A DNA stretch of 64,000 bases from Rhina ancylostomus (lineage: Eukaryota). Below the pieces are notes generated by a model, which saw only the letters and a program-made list of their open reading frames with translations, was not told the origin of the DNA and did no database searches. Positions 53,300-64,000 of the stretch are shown here, piece after piece. The translations under genes were made by a program, and so were the position numbers. The stretch is from NCBI GenBank assembly GCA_030265395.1, contig JARFYF010000001.1, positions 99,089,011-99,153,010 on the forward strand, read 5' to 3'. Each line of letters starts with the position of its first letter. Positions within the stretch are counted from its first letter, which is position 1.

Positions 53300-53378
53300 C
53301 TCACTGAGATTATAAAAGCATTCTTTGCATGCAGCACTTTCGCGTTGAAGATCAATCTGCTGGTAAGCAGGTCCTTCA
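53300..53378 (-). pseudogene. Exon (V)KDLLTSRLIFNAKVLHAKNAFIISV(R)
   Basis: ttctcaatcttgtttcag acceptor and consensus GAG|gtgagt donor; phase 1 to 2. Confidence 0.7.
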
Positions 53379-56070
53379 CTGAAACAAGATTGAGAACTGC
53401 CAACACAGAACAGGTAAATTAGGATAGTAACTCTTTGGAAAATGTTTCCTTTAAATTGAACCTGCTGAGGTTCAACGCTGGCCCCTAACAAAGGAAACAG
53501 AAGAAACCACTCATTGTGCCTGTAATGTCTGCAAACTTCCTTGGGCAAAAGGAAAATATAAAGATCCTTTTAACATTTGTGATGAAGGCTGGCCTGACAT
53601 CACTGTGATGGATTAAGACGTAGACTGAAAATTTGCTGCAAAACTGTGCCGGTTATTGTTAGATGCGGAAAACCTATGCTATGGGTTCTGATTTGCCGAT
53701 CCATAGACTATTGTCCTGCTCCACTGATATTCTTGCAAAAATGGGATTTCACTGATCCCCATTTTCCCGTGCTCCTCTTGCACCCCATCAGTTGTTGATT
53801 TGCCTTGAATTAAACTTGCATCAGGAAGCTGGTACTCTTATTTCATGCCCTAAGAATCCTGTTAATGCAGATTTATATTCCTGCAATCCCCTTCAACCTA
53901 ATGAGCCCTGAAAGGGAACGACAAACTGTGGAGTCGTCCAGGTAGGAAACTGTTCCTAGAGGAATTAACAAAAAAATTAAGACCCTTCCAGCTTTCCTTT
54001 TCTCTGTAGTTACTTCTTCCTTGAACCAATTTTGTTTCTGTCCTTGCGTATCACAGACCTATTATCCCTATCGTTTACTGTGGTTGTAGGATGTCCCTCC
54101 CACACCATCAGCTTGTGTTTCCAGCAATTTGGTGTGCAAAGATAATTGGTGCTGCAGAAAGAAAAATAAATGACTCTGGGGTGAAGTTCTGCATTAGCAA
54201 ATTCTGGGCTAGTCAAACAAAAGAGTCTATTCGATTTGCAAATAATAACATAAAATTAACATGGAAATAGCAAATGCCAGTTTCATGACTAGGGAATAGA
54301 GTACAGCAGGGGCTTACTAATTAATTGGAATTCTCCCAAACTGGACTGCAGAGAGCAGAGACATGCAGTGCTATTACGCACAACCTGAATGAGCAACCTA
54401 GGGTATTTCAAGGAATTTATTTCAAGGTGACTCCATCGAAAAAATCTGCCACTGAAACAAAAATGTTGATTAATTACCAATTACAGTACTGCTCAAATAA
54501 TTATTTTTTTTTGCAAATAAGGCATGTTGTACAATCTTTTAATGACAACTAAGACTGGAAACAGCAAAACAGAGCACTAGTCCACACACTGAAGAGACAG
54601 GCACAGAACCTCACAGTACGCACTCTGTTGCAGTCAGAATTAACAAGGTATATGAAGTAACTGGATTGCCTTTTGATTTAAAACAGTTGTACGAGATCAA
54701 GAGCAATTTTTCTAGTGTTCCCTGCTGTAGGACACCAGTTAAATGACAGTCTTATCATAAACTGCCTGAACTTATGACATGTAAACAGATACATTCTTCA
54801 ATATGGAACATTTACCTGAATAAATTTATTTCCAGATGCTACTTAATAATATACTAGTGCTAATCTCCAGATGTAAGTTTAAAGATCTCGAGTTTCCTTC
54901 ACTGCCACGTAATGTCCAACTTTTCCGTCGAGAGTCAGGAAGAATATCCCAGTGTCGGTTTCGCAGTTGTAAGGACAATGACTGGTAGATTTCACAATGA
55001 AGAGCCATGTCATTAAGATGAACACAACATATTATGCAGTCACTGACCTTGCGACTGCAGTTTGAGAAGTCCAATTCCTATATTGTAGCCCAGTTCCTAT
55101 AACAAGATTCCATTGAGCCACAGTCTGCTATCTAGATGTTTATCCAAGATTTTTAAATGAGTTCTTTGAAAAAAAAGTTGAGATCTCTAATATTGTATAC
55201 AACAACACGACATTAATTAAAAGCTGTTTGCATTACATGAAAGTTTACGTCTGTAATTAGTGTGGACCAATAATAGCCTGGAAATCTAACAACAATGAAA
55301 AAGATTAAGCTAGTATTTGTTTTGTTCAACATTGCTGATTAAAATTTAAAAAAATATTGAAACAGATTCTAATATTGGCAGCATTGAGTTTAAGGAATAA
55401 GTTTCCAATAAAGGAAATGTATATTATTGAACTTCTGTCTCTCTGTGTGACGATCACCCTGGATAGAGCTCCCAAATTGTTTGGCAACTGCTCAACATTT
55501 GTGCTTCATTGCAAGCTGTGGGGGAGAAAAAAAAAGAAAATGAGATGTATTATCAAAACTCATTTGCAGCAACACATGGTAAGCAACAATAGAACCCCAA
55601 GTGCAAATTATACTTATCGCATTGTAGTTAAATACATTTGATGAGGGGAATGTAAATAACTTCAGAGGTCTATCATTCCTTGTGTCAAATATCCACATTA
55701 AAAATTATAAATGAAAGTACATCATTGCATTTGTTACTCAACCACGAATCAATACACCATTCAACAGGGATGTAATTAAACCTTCAGCTTATAAACAAGA
55801 GCTCGACCAACTTGAAATTTAGTGAAACATTATGGATATCTGATATTATCTTCTGCTGTTACCAGACAATTCGTGGTAAATTGGAACGCGTTGTGAACGC
55901 TAATAAGGCAGACTTCGAAAGGAACCTTGGAACATTGGAAAAGGCTTTCCGTTAATGCCTTAACACCACCAGTCAGTAAAAATGACAAATACCGAGAGGC
56001 TCATTTTCATCCACTCAGGAATATGTTTTACATTGTTTTAACTTGCTTTCCACCAAACTGATTCACTTAC

Positions 56071-56483
56071 AGACTGGTCACTTCAGATTTGTTCATTGGC
56101 ATTTCATTCTTCTAATTTGTGGACAATTTGATAACAAATAAACGAAATCTCTTCACAACAGAAAACTTCATGCTGCTGCTTTGAAGGCTTGGGCATCTAC
56201 AACTGATGGGGAAGGTGGCCATGTACCCAAATACAAACCTCACAGGGAGAAATCCTTACAATGTATTCACTGAAGTGTCAGATCGTCGAGTGCCAAATAA
56301 ACAACTCCCAAACTTACCGGCTGAGCTTTGCATTGATGTTCTGCTCGTGCTCTGCTGTTGAACTGCACAGAGTGCTGCTGCAGAGTCTGAACTTGCTGCA
56401 GTTCCCCGATGGTCATGGTGGTGAACATGCCTGCTGGACCCGTGTCAGCTTAGACTCGACGCAGGAACAGTGAGCCCATTCAT
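56071..56483 (-). pseudogene. Two exons split by a 79-nt intron: *MGSLFLRRV*ADTGPAGMFTTMTIGELQQVQ... and LYLGTWPPSPSVVDAQAFKAAA*SFLL*RDFVYLLSNCPQIRRM...
   Basis: Both donors are gtaagt; acceptors are ttccctccattcag and tttctccctgtgag; stops at 56480, 56450, 56168 and 56153; the phase mismatch implies an indel. Confidence 0.7.
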
Positions 56484-59400
56484 CTGAATGGAGGGAAGCA
56501 GTTGTGGGGGGACCGCTACATACAAGCTAATAATTACTTTAATTGTTTAAAAATGTTTAAGCGATTTAAATATGATTTGATTTTTTTTAATAATTACATT
56601 TTTTCTTTGATATTTGTACAATTCTGAATAATGACAGGAGTTTGATGGAATGCACAGCTCCAACAGTTTTCAAGAGCGCAACGCCATTCATGACAAATCA
56701 GCCAGGTTGATCTGCACTTCATCCACCTTTGGACCATCGTGGTCAAACTGTGTCTTTGCAACAAAGTGCATGGCAACTACTTGCTTGAGCAATTCCAACA
56801 GCACTTGCCAAACCCACAATCATTATCACTAAGGAGGAGAAATGCAGAAGGTGCATGGGAACACAAGTACCTCCTGCACACTTTCCACGGTGTGCATGAC
56901 ATATATTACAGTTCCTTAGTTTTCATTTTAATCATCAAGGTTTGACAGACCAGTCTGCGTTATCTGCAATCTATTAACCTACAAAACCAAATTAACCATC
57001 TTTGCAAACATTAATTTAAGACATTTGAGCCTGACTGCACAACAGAGTTGTCCCGGTCTGGTATTGACCACTGGTGAGGGCGCACTTGGAATACTGAGTG
57101 CAGGTCATAATCGTCTGCCGTCCAAACAGCCGATTGCTGTGAAAATATTGAGAAAAGGATCATTGAGAACTGCGGCTTGAATTTATGAGAGACTTCAGAA
57201 GTAAACCTCCATTTCAGTGAACAAGAAGACAAGTACAGAGTGAATGGCATGAGAGGACCAAGGAACATCAGTGCATTTGGTTCAAGAAAATAACTTGGCT
57301 CAAATATGAAAATGACCAAATTTCAAGTGAGACAAGAAAAAAAAATCATTAGTGAAACACACCAGAGTAGATTCCCCATTAAGAGAGCATGCTTTCTTTG
57401 ATTAACTCAAAGAAAATGGATAAATAGCTGGGAATACATGTCAAGAATACACGGGACACACATAATTATCAAATATCCCAAGAATCAGTTACTTGTAGCT
57501 GTGGGATATTTTAAATGAGGTTGACTTTAACATTGTGGGAACAGGTCAGGTTTTAAAAGGTTGGCCAAAGTCCTGGAATATGGGTGGACTGTGCACATTC
57601 TGTGAAAAGTATAAGCTTCATGGGCCAATGTGCCTTCTGTCACTCCATGTATTTTGAGGAAACTCCTCTGGTTGAATATACGCAATCCAATTCTCATCAG
57701 CAAAGGTGTCCATGATTAAAAGCAAGTCATTTCATGAGATTAATGGGATGTCCAGTAACTTGTGTAACTAATGAAGTAGGGTCACTAATGAAAACATATC
57801 ATGTGTGAACGTGTAATCGCGAGGTTAAGGAACATGTCCATAACACTTTCCAGGTCAAAAATTGTGTCATTCTGCATTCACTTAACTATTTGATTAACAG
57901 TATGTTGCAAATGTAACAGCATTGGCTGGTATTTTACATCAGTAACAAAATGTCCAATTGAAAAAGAACATGGACATTTGATTTAAAACAGAATCTGGTA
58001 AACCAACCCAAATGAGCAATAAACTGCAGATGCAGAAATCTCAAAGAACAGGAAATTGTGGGGATATTCATTAAGGTTTACTGTGTTTCGCTCTTCACAG
58101 ATGCTGCACGTTCTCCTGAGTATTCAAAACATTTTCTGTTTTCTTTCCTAATGAATTAAAGTTACATTACAAATACAAGCTAAATGTGCTAATCACAGGA
58201 GACATTAGACCTCAGAACATTTTTTTTTAAAATTACTGCTCAGGATATATTGCCTTTTCACCAATAACATAATTACTAAACATTAAATCAGTGAATTTCA
58301 CCTTTATGACAGGGAAAATGTTTTGAGGCCACTTTAGTCCATTACTATTTCTGCATCTTCGAATGACAACAAGGGATGTCGATGGAGGTCTCAGTATTCC
58401 AAGCATTATGATCTTTAACTCTTAACACAATGATTTTTAATGTTTTAACTAGTGTAACTCAATGGGAGTGACACACTCAACATCATCCTATGAAATGTAA
58501 TGATGGGATTCATTGTTCAATGTCGTGAACTGCATTGAAACTGTCGCATGAGACCTGGTTTGACAAATAAAGACAGCTCACACAGCATGTTGTCACACCA
58601 ACGTGGCCTATCATGAAGTAATGCAACTCTCACTTGCCTGTGATACTTAACTGAATTCTTGATCCAATTCATTATCAAGGGGAAAGTGTGAGGGAGTTTA
58701 TAATGAGACATGCAATGCTTCATTCAGGCACCAGTTCAGGAATAAAACAGACAAGACACTTGGGAGCCAGCTGTTGTGGCAGAGAATAATAGGTATCAAG
58801 GGGAATGAGATCTAATCAAGAGAGAAAATAAATACAGAATTATACAGCTAACCCTTTTATTCATCTTTGGATCATCCAAACCTTTAGTTGCTAAGGCTGC
58901 AAATGGAATTCACTCCACTAACTTCCTTGTTTGTCCTTTAATGTGCTCCTTAAATCATTGACCAAGTCTTTTTGTCTCCTCATGGCTTAGCATCTTTTCT
59001 TGGTTGCTTGGTGAAATTCCTACAAAGTTCTTTAGTATTTTGTTTTGCATGTNNNNNNNNNNNNNNNNNNNNNNNNNNNNNNNNNNNNNNNNNNNNNNNN
59101 NNNNNNNNNNNNNNNNNNNNNNNNNNNNNNNNNNNNNNNNNNNNNNNNNNNNGCATGTTAGAGGCTCTGCAGATAGAAGCTGTTTCTGCTGTACATGTTG
59201 GCGAGTTAAGTATACTACCAGATGGCCACCAGCATAGTATGACAAAAGTCCAGCAGCAGCTGATGAGGCAAGTAAGCCAAATGGTCCCTCAAGGTACCTC
59301 TGCCAGTAATTGCATGGTGCAGTGGGTTAAACACTCATCTTTTACTTTTCTCTCTGTGACTTGAGTTCATATTGATGGGATGCAGATCTATTTATCTGTG

Positions 59401-59532
59401 GTACAATGAGTTCAATGTGAAAATAATTTGGTCAATTAATTTCATTCTTCGAAGGCACATGCCTACATCACACGCCTAGCTTTGACAACCCTTACCTTGT
59501 GAAAGGAGAAAATAAAAAAGCAGAATACTTAC

Positions 59533-59705
59533 CGAAAAAGTCAAAGAAAATTACATTGGAACAGGTGTTAATTACAGTTGAACTTCAACAATGAGAAGCC
59601 ACAAAGGTCAGCTGAATGATTTTCATCATCAATGTTTCCTTTAACTGAGACTTTCAATCGATCCAACTGGATGTTTTGTCCGGCCACAAACCAGCTGTAA
59701 TTCAT
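59533..59705 (-). pseudogene. Exon MNYSWFVAGQNIQLDRLKVSVKGNIDDENHSADLCGFSLLKFNCN*HLFQCNFL*LF(R)
   Basis: CG|gtaagt donor, phase 2, matching the 56483 acceptor; stops at 59568 and 59541. Confidence 0.65.
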
Positions 59706-60929
59706 CTAACTGCAAATCAGTTAAGCACCACTGTGTCTTGGTCACATGCAATTATGCTCACAATATATCCTAATCTAATGTACTCGTTTGTAGCGGAACA
59801 CCATCACATCAGATTTCTGTGTACACAATGTGAAAGGCTGCCAAAAATTTAACTTCCTTGTCCAAAGAGCTGTGAGAGCATAAAACTCACTGCTGCTGGT
59901 GAATGGTGTGGAAACATTTAGGGACAGGTTGAACAAATATGAGGAAGGGAGTTATACAGAGGGTCAGTGTGATGGATGGAGCTGAGCAAAGATGGGAGAC
60001 AGGAAATGCTTGCATGATCTGGTTGGGCCAAGTGGCCTTTTTGAGCTGTATATCTTAAGATTGATACCATAAACTGGATGGCCAAACTAAAGAACTTGTA
60101 GTGCAGAATTCTGAGATAAAAAGTTGTTCCATTTCAGTTCATTCATCTATAATTTTATTGGACTCAGTGCTGGCAAAACAATGCTCAAAAAATTAACACA
60201 CAAGCACTGGAAACTGCATGCTGAGAAGCTGGTTATAGTCCATTAATAGCAAGCCCCTAACTTACTGCAGCCACCCTTGCTGCAAGAGTTAAATATCATC
60301 AACACAACATAATTAGATTTCCATCTGCAATTTGAAATGAGTTCCCCATTAAACATACAGTGTATGCCCATTCTGCAAATTTTCTCTTTTGCGTCCCATT
60401 TAAAGACTACCATTGATTTAAATTCAACCTTAAAACAGGATGCATTTTGCCTTTTTAAAATCAAAACATGTCTCCTGTGGAACGCTGCCTACATCAATTT
60501 TTCTCAACACATTGATGTAAATTATTTCACAGCAGCAAAACTAACTTATGTGGATATTGGGTTGAGAAATTTTCAAGGGCGATGTGCAATTAACATAATT
60601 TAATTTCAAGGGAATACAAATATATTATGGTGCAAAATAATGATTCAGAGCAAGGAGCTGTCAAACATAATTAAATCATGCCATAATTCACTGTGATGTC
60701 ATTACCTATTTTTAAAACAGTGTTAAATTGAAGACATTCAGATCATTAACTATTTGCATTCTTCTTAGGTTTTCTTGGGGCTGACAGAAGGCCAACAAAC
60801 ACTTTAAAGCTTTCTCTTTTCTAACCTGAAATAACAGAAGCCTCACTTTGGTAAAGCAACTGAACAGCTGAAAAACAAGCCACTCATGCAACCAGCCCAT
60901 GCCTTCATTTATGCTCTACTTGGGTCTCC

Positions 60930-63900
60930 CACCCATCACTGTGACACTCAATTCCTTTCCTCCACAAATGCTTGTTCAACCTTCTCTTTAACGCACCTCT
61001 GGCAGTGAGCTTTACACACTCACCACTCTTTGGGCACACGTTTCTTCTAGTTCCCTCATAGACTTCTCAGTGACCATCTTAGATTGACAACCTCTATTTA
61101 GGCTTTTCCATACAAGTCCACACATTCTTTCTATATCTACTCTATCAAAATTCTTCACAATTTTAGGTTACCCTTTGGCATTCTTTTCTCAAAAGCAAAC
61201 AAACCCAGTCTATTCATCCTTGCCTGATATGTTAGCCATTGCACTTTTAGTATTATTCATGTTAATCTCTGTACCCTCTCCACTGCCACTATATCTATTC
61301 TATAATATGGCAACCAAAATCTTCTGCAGCACTCTAAGTATGGGACTATCCAACATGTAACATAGATTTAATATAACTCTGCTACTTTTCAATAATACTT
61401 TTCAGAATACTTGGTTGATTTCTTTGTGGAGTATGCAACTTGTGAAGCAACGTTCAGCAATTGGTATATTCATTCCCCAAGATCCCTTGGTTCCTCTACC
61501 CAACCTATACTCACACCTTCCAAGAAAAAGTGACCTCCCTATTCCACCTACCAAAATACACTACCTCCTGTTTATGTGCATTGAATATTATTTGCCAATT
61601 GTTTGCCTATTCTGCAAGTTTACGAATGTCCTCCTGACGTCTGCTGCATTCCTCCTCAGTACAAACTATCATCAGCCAATCTCACTCCCCAGAAATTAGT
61701 ATTATTTGCAAATTTAGAAACTGTGCTTTTGATTCCAGGATTTAAATTGTTAATGTAAAATGTGTGCAGCAGTGGTCCCAGCACTGTACCTTGTGAACAC
61801 ACTACCCATCTTCTACTGTACCAAGACAATACCCTTTACCTTGACTCTCCACTTTCTGTCCTGAAGCCAGTGTTGGATTTGACTGTTTTAAGTAGTTTTT
61901 TTTAAACATGTATTGTGTTTAATACACCTCAAGTGACTGCACAAGGAATGGCCGCTTTCTAGCTTATTGGTTCGTCCATCAGGTGAATATGTGTCTTCTC
62001 ATTGGTTGGTTTTGCCACAGGTATTTAATAGGTTTTCTGATTGGGCTATTGTTAGCTAAGGAGTACCTCTTATCTCAGGTATAAAGGGTGTCATTTTTTT
62101 GTTAATCACTCTCTTGCTCACTTCCCCCCGGCCCTAGCTCATCTTTAGTTCCTTTTGTCTCAGCTCATCTCCTAGTAGTAAAGCTAGTGACGTGTGCTCT
62201 GTGACTGTTCCTTTGTTTTAAAATTTTCCAATAAAACCTTGCGAAGCACCAAGTTGTTTTCAACTCACTCCTGGACTCCTGAAAGAACCTGAAGATTCAA
62301 AAATAACCGGATCCAACATGAGCAAGTAATTCTTGTATTTATAGAATCACGAGCCTATTCGTTGCTCTGTTAAAGGGCACCTCAATGAAGGTCACTTGAC
62401 AATCAAATTAAATTACCATATCATTACCATCGTCTACTCCGTCACCTCCGCAAAAGAATAATTGTTAGTTTTAAAATCCATGCTTAAATGCAAATTATTG
62501 CAGACTTTTGCTTCTCTATTCTTTTTTGGTGGGGATTCCACTACTTTTCCAAACATCAATATTAAAATAAGTGGTCTCTGATTCCTTGGACATGCTCTAT
62601 TCTCTTCCTGCCAGGGATCTGTCTCTGCAGCTGTTCCTAACCAAATGTTAAAAGCCTCTGCTCTCACTTCCTTAGATTCTTTCAAAATGCATGGACGCAT
62701 TCCACCTGATCCAGGGTATTAGCCTTTGATTTGATTAGTTTATTTTCCATTTTAACTGCACTCAGTTCATTATTCATCTCATCATCCATTGTCTCAGTGT
62801 AGTTTTGTGTGACCTGGGTGAAAACACACTTGGAATACTGTGGACAAATTTGACCTCCCTACTCAAGATATACTTCTGAGAGAAAGAACAATGAGGATTC
62901 TCTGGAAGGATTTGTTGGCTGGTACCATAGTGGATGGAAGGGTTGTCCTCTGAGGAGAGATTAATCATGCTTGACTAATTAAAGGTGAAAGAGGCAGAAA
63001 ATTCAAATGGGCTTTTCCTGCTCTGTTCTTTATGTTCTTACATCAAGTCCATCTCCTCTATCACTCTGGGAAATCAAGATAATCGTTTAATATTTCTGCT
63101 ATCTCCCTGTCATTATTCAAGGTTCGTCTCTACATTGATTTAGTCACACCCCAACCTGTTTTGTTTTTACATACATGTTGTAAAATATTTTATATTTATG
63201 TTCCCTTAATTTAAATCCATAGTTCTTCAATGCCCTCATTTCTCTTGTTTATCTGTAAATATCCTAATTCCTTTATGTCTAGTCCTAACGTGCACTCCTC
63301 TGCTGTCCATGAACGTAATGTGTGCCTTTCCTTTACGACTGTTGTTACCTTATGTCTTCATTTGTTTATGGGATTTCATTACAGCTCTCCCCTATGATTG
63401 AGCTATATTTCTAGTCCTCTTTTGGATGTTAGTTGAGATACTTTCCTTCATTGCTCGACTTCCTAATATCGTTGACCATTTTATCTTCTCAAATTCTAAT
63501 CTCAGTTCTTCAAAAATCAGACTTACTTGAAATCTGTTTAAATCATATACATGTCTCTTCTTATGGACTTCAAATATGTTATAATATGGTCATGGCTGCC
63601 TTGATGTCTTCCTCCTTTAGCTTATTTTCCACTTCATTCGCTGATGCAATGTCCAATATGAATCCTCTTTTGTTTGATTTTTTTTTAAATGTATTCAGTT
63701 CAGAGGAATCTGTATACCTCACAGGGACTCAACTCCCCTATTGCCTTCACCAACCTTTAATGAACAATTAAATTTCAGGCTATTGACATTAATATTCCAT
63801 CCTTTTTTTAAATGATTCCTTATTTTATCTGCATATTTCTTCTTCCCTCTCTCTTCCACTAGTGGATGGTCTGTAAACCACACTCACTTGTGTGATTGAT

Positions 63901-64000
63901 CATCTTTTATCTATATCCATATGGAATCTATTTTGATCTTCCCGACAGCTGTATCCTTCCCTTTTCCCCTCATGACCGTTTCTAATTGTATTCTACCCTG
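60930..64000 (-). mobile_element. Highly degenerate long CR1 LINE with nested insertions
   Basis: MRPCILKESKEVRAEAF, PRNQRPLILILMFGKVVES and SKFANNT remnants; a plus-strand CR1 tail at about 62790-63040. Confidence 0.75.
61871..62318 (+). mobile_element. Solo LTR (448 bp)
   Basis: Perfect 8-bp terminal inverted repeat TGTTGGAT...ATCCAACA; ATTGG boxes, TATAAA at about 62080 and AATAAA at about 62230; no clean TSD. Confidence 0.85.

Larger units (their letters stand above)
43480..60825 (-). pseudogene. Multi-exon probable unitary pseudogene of an unidentified protein-coding gene (12 exons traced; may continue beyond the window)
   Basis: Exons 60706-60825, 59533-59705, 56318-56483, 56071-56238, 54816-54981, 53300-53378, 51857-51977, 48073-48162, 47599-47788, 46610-46673, 45432-45579 and 43480-43578 have GT-AG borders, mostly matching phases, protein-like translations and many in-frame stops. 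Confidence 0.75.

Noticed and set aside
51857-53378. Alternative stop-free reading EGPAYQQIDLQ...TEVFHSTVNEVL...
   Set aside because: It is open in both exons, but its entry and exit phases do not match the neighbouring traced exons. Not fully excluded without a homology search.
57050-57110. Possible additional exon
   Set aside because: It reads LVRAHLEY, an ancient CR1 remnant.
43480-60825. In-frame TGA codons as selenocysteine or readthrough
   Set aside because: Stops also include TAA and TAG, fit CGA/TGG/CAA transitions, and come with a phase mismatch; I recognised no SECIS.

Overview
This is AT-rich, repeat-dense vertebrate genomic DNA with many N gaps. The repeat content (CR1/HER1-like LINEs, a V-SINE, Rex1/Babar, RTE, Penelope relics, solo LTRs) points to a cartilaginous fish; this is an inference. 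Most ORF-track entries are chance ORFs or TE debris. Reading splice sites by hand gives two convergent multi-exon loci. (1) A + strand gene with 8 phase-compatible exons (12310-41562, about 243 aa) encodes coiled coils and a C-terminal SAM domain. It resembles an uncharacterised invertebrate-type SAM family and may extend 5' through exons at 1248, 4549 and 5856 (a 240-codon open exon). (2) A - strand 12-exon locus (about 43480-60825) keeps splice sites and exon phases but carries more than 12 premature stops, so it is probably a unitary pseudogene. Also present: a decayed tRNA-Val(AAC) with intact A/B boxes in a CpG-rich patch, a CR1 nested in a Penelope GIY-YIG region, and degenerate Penelope-type hammerhead motifs. 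All gene models are manual and unverified.
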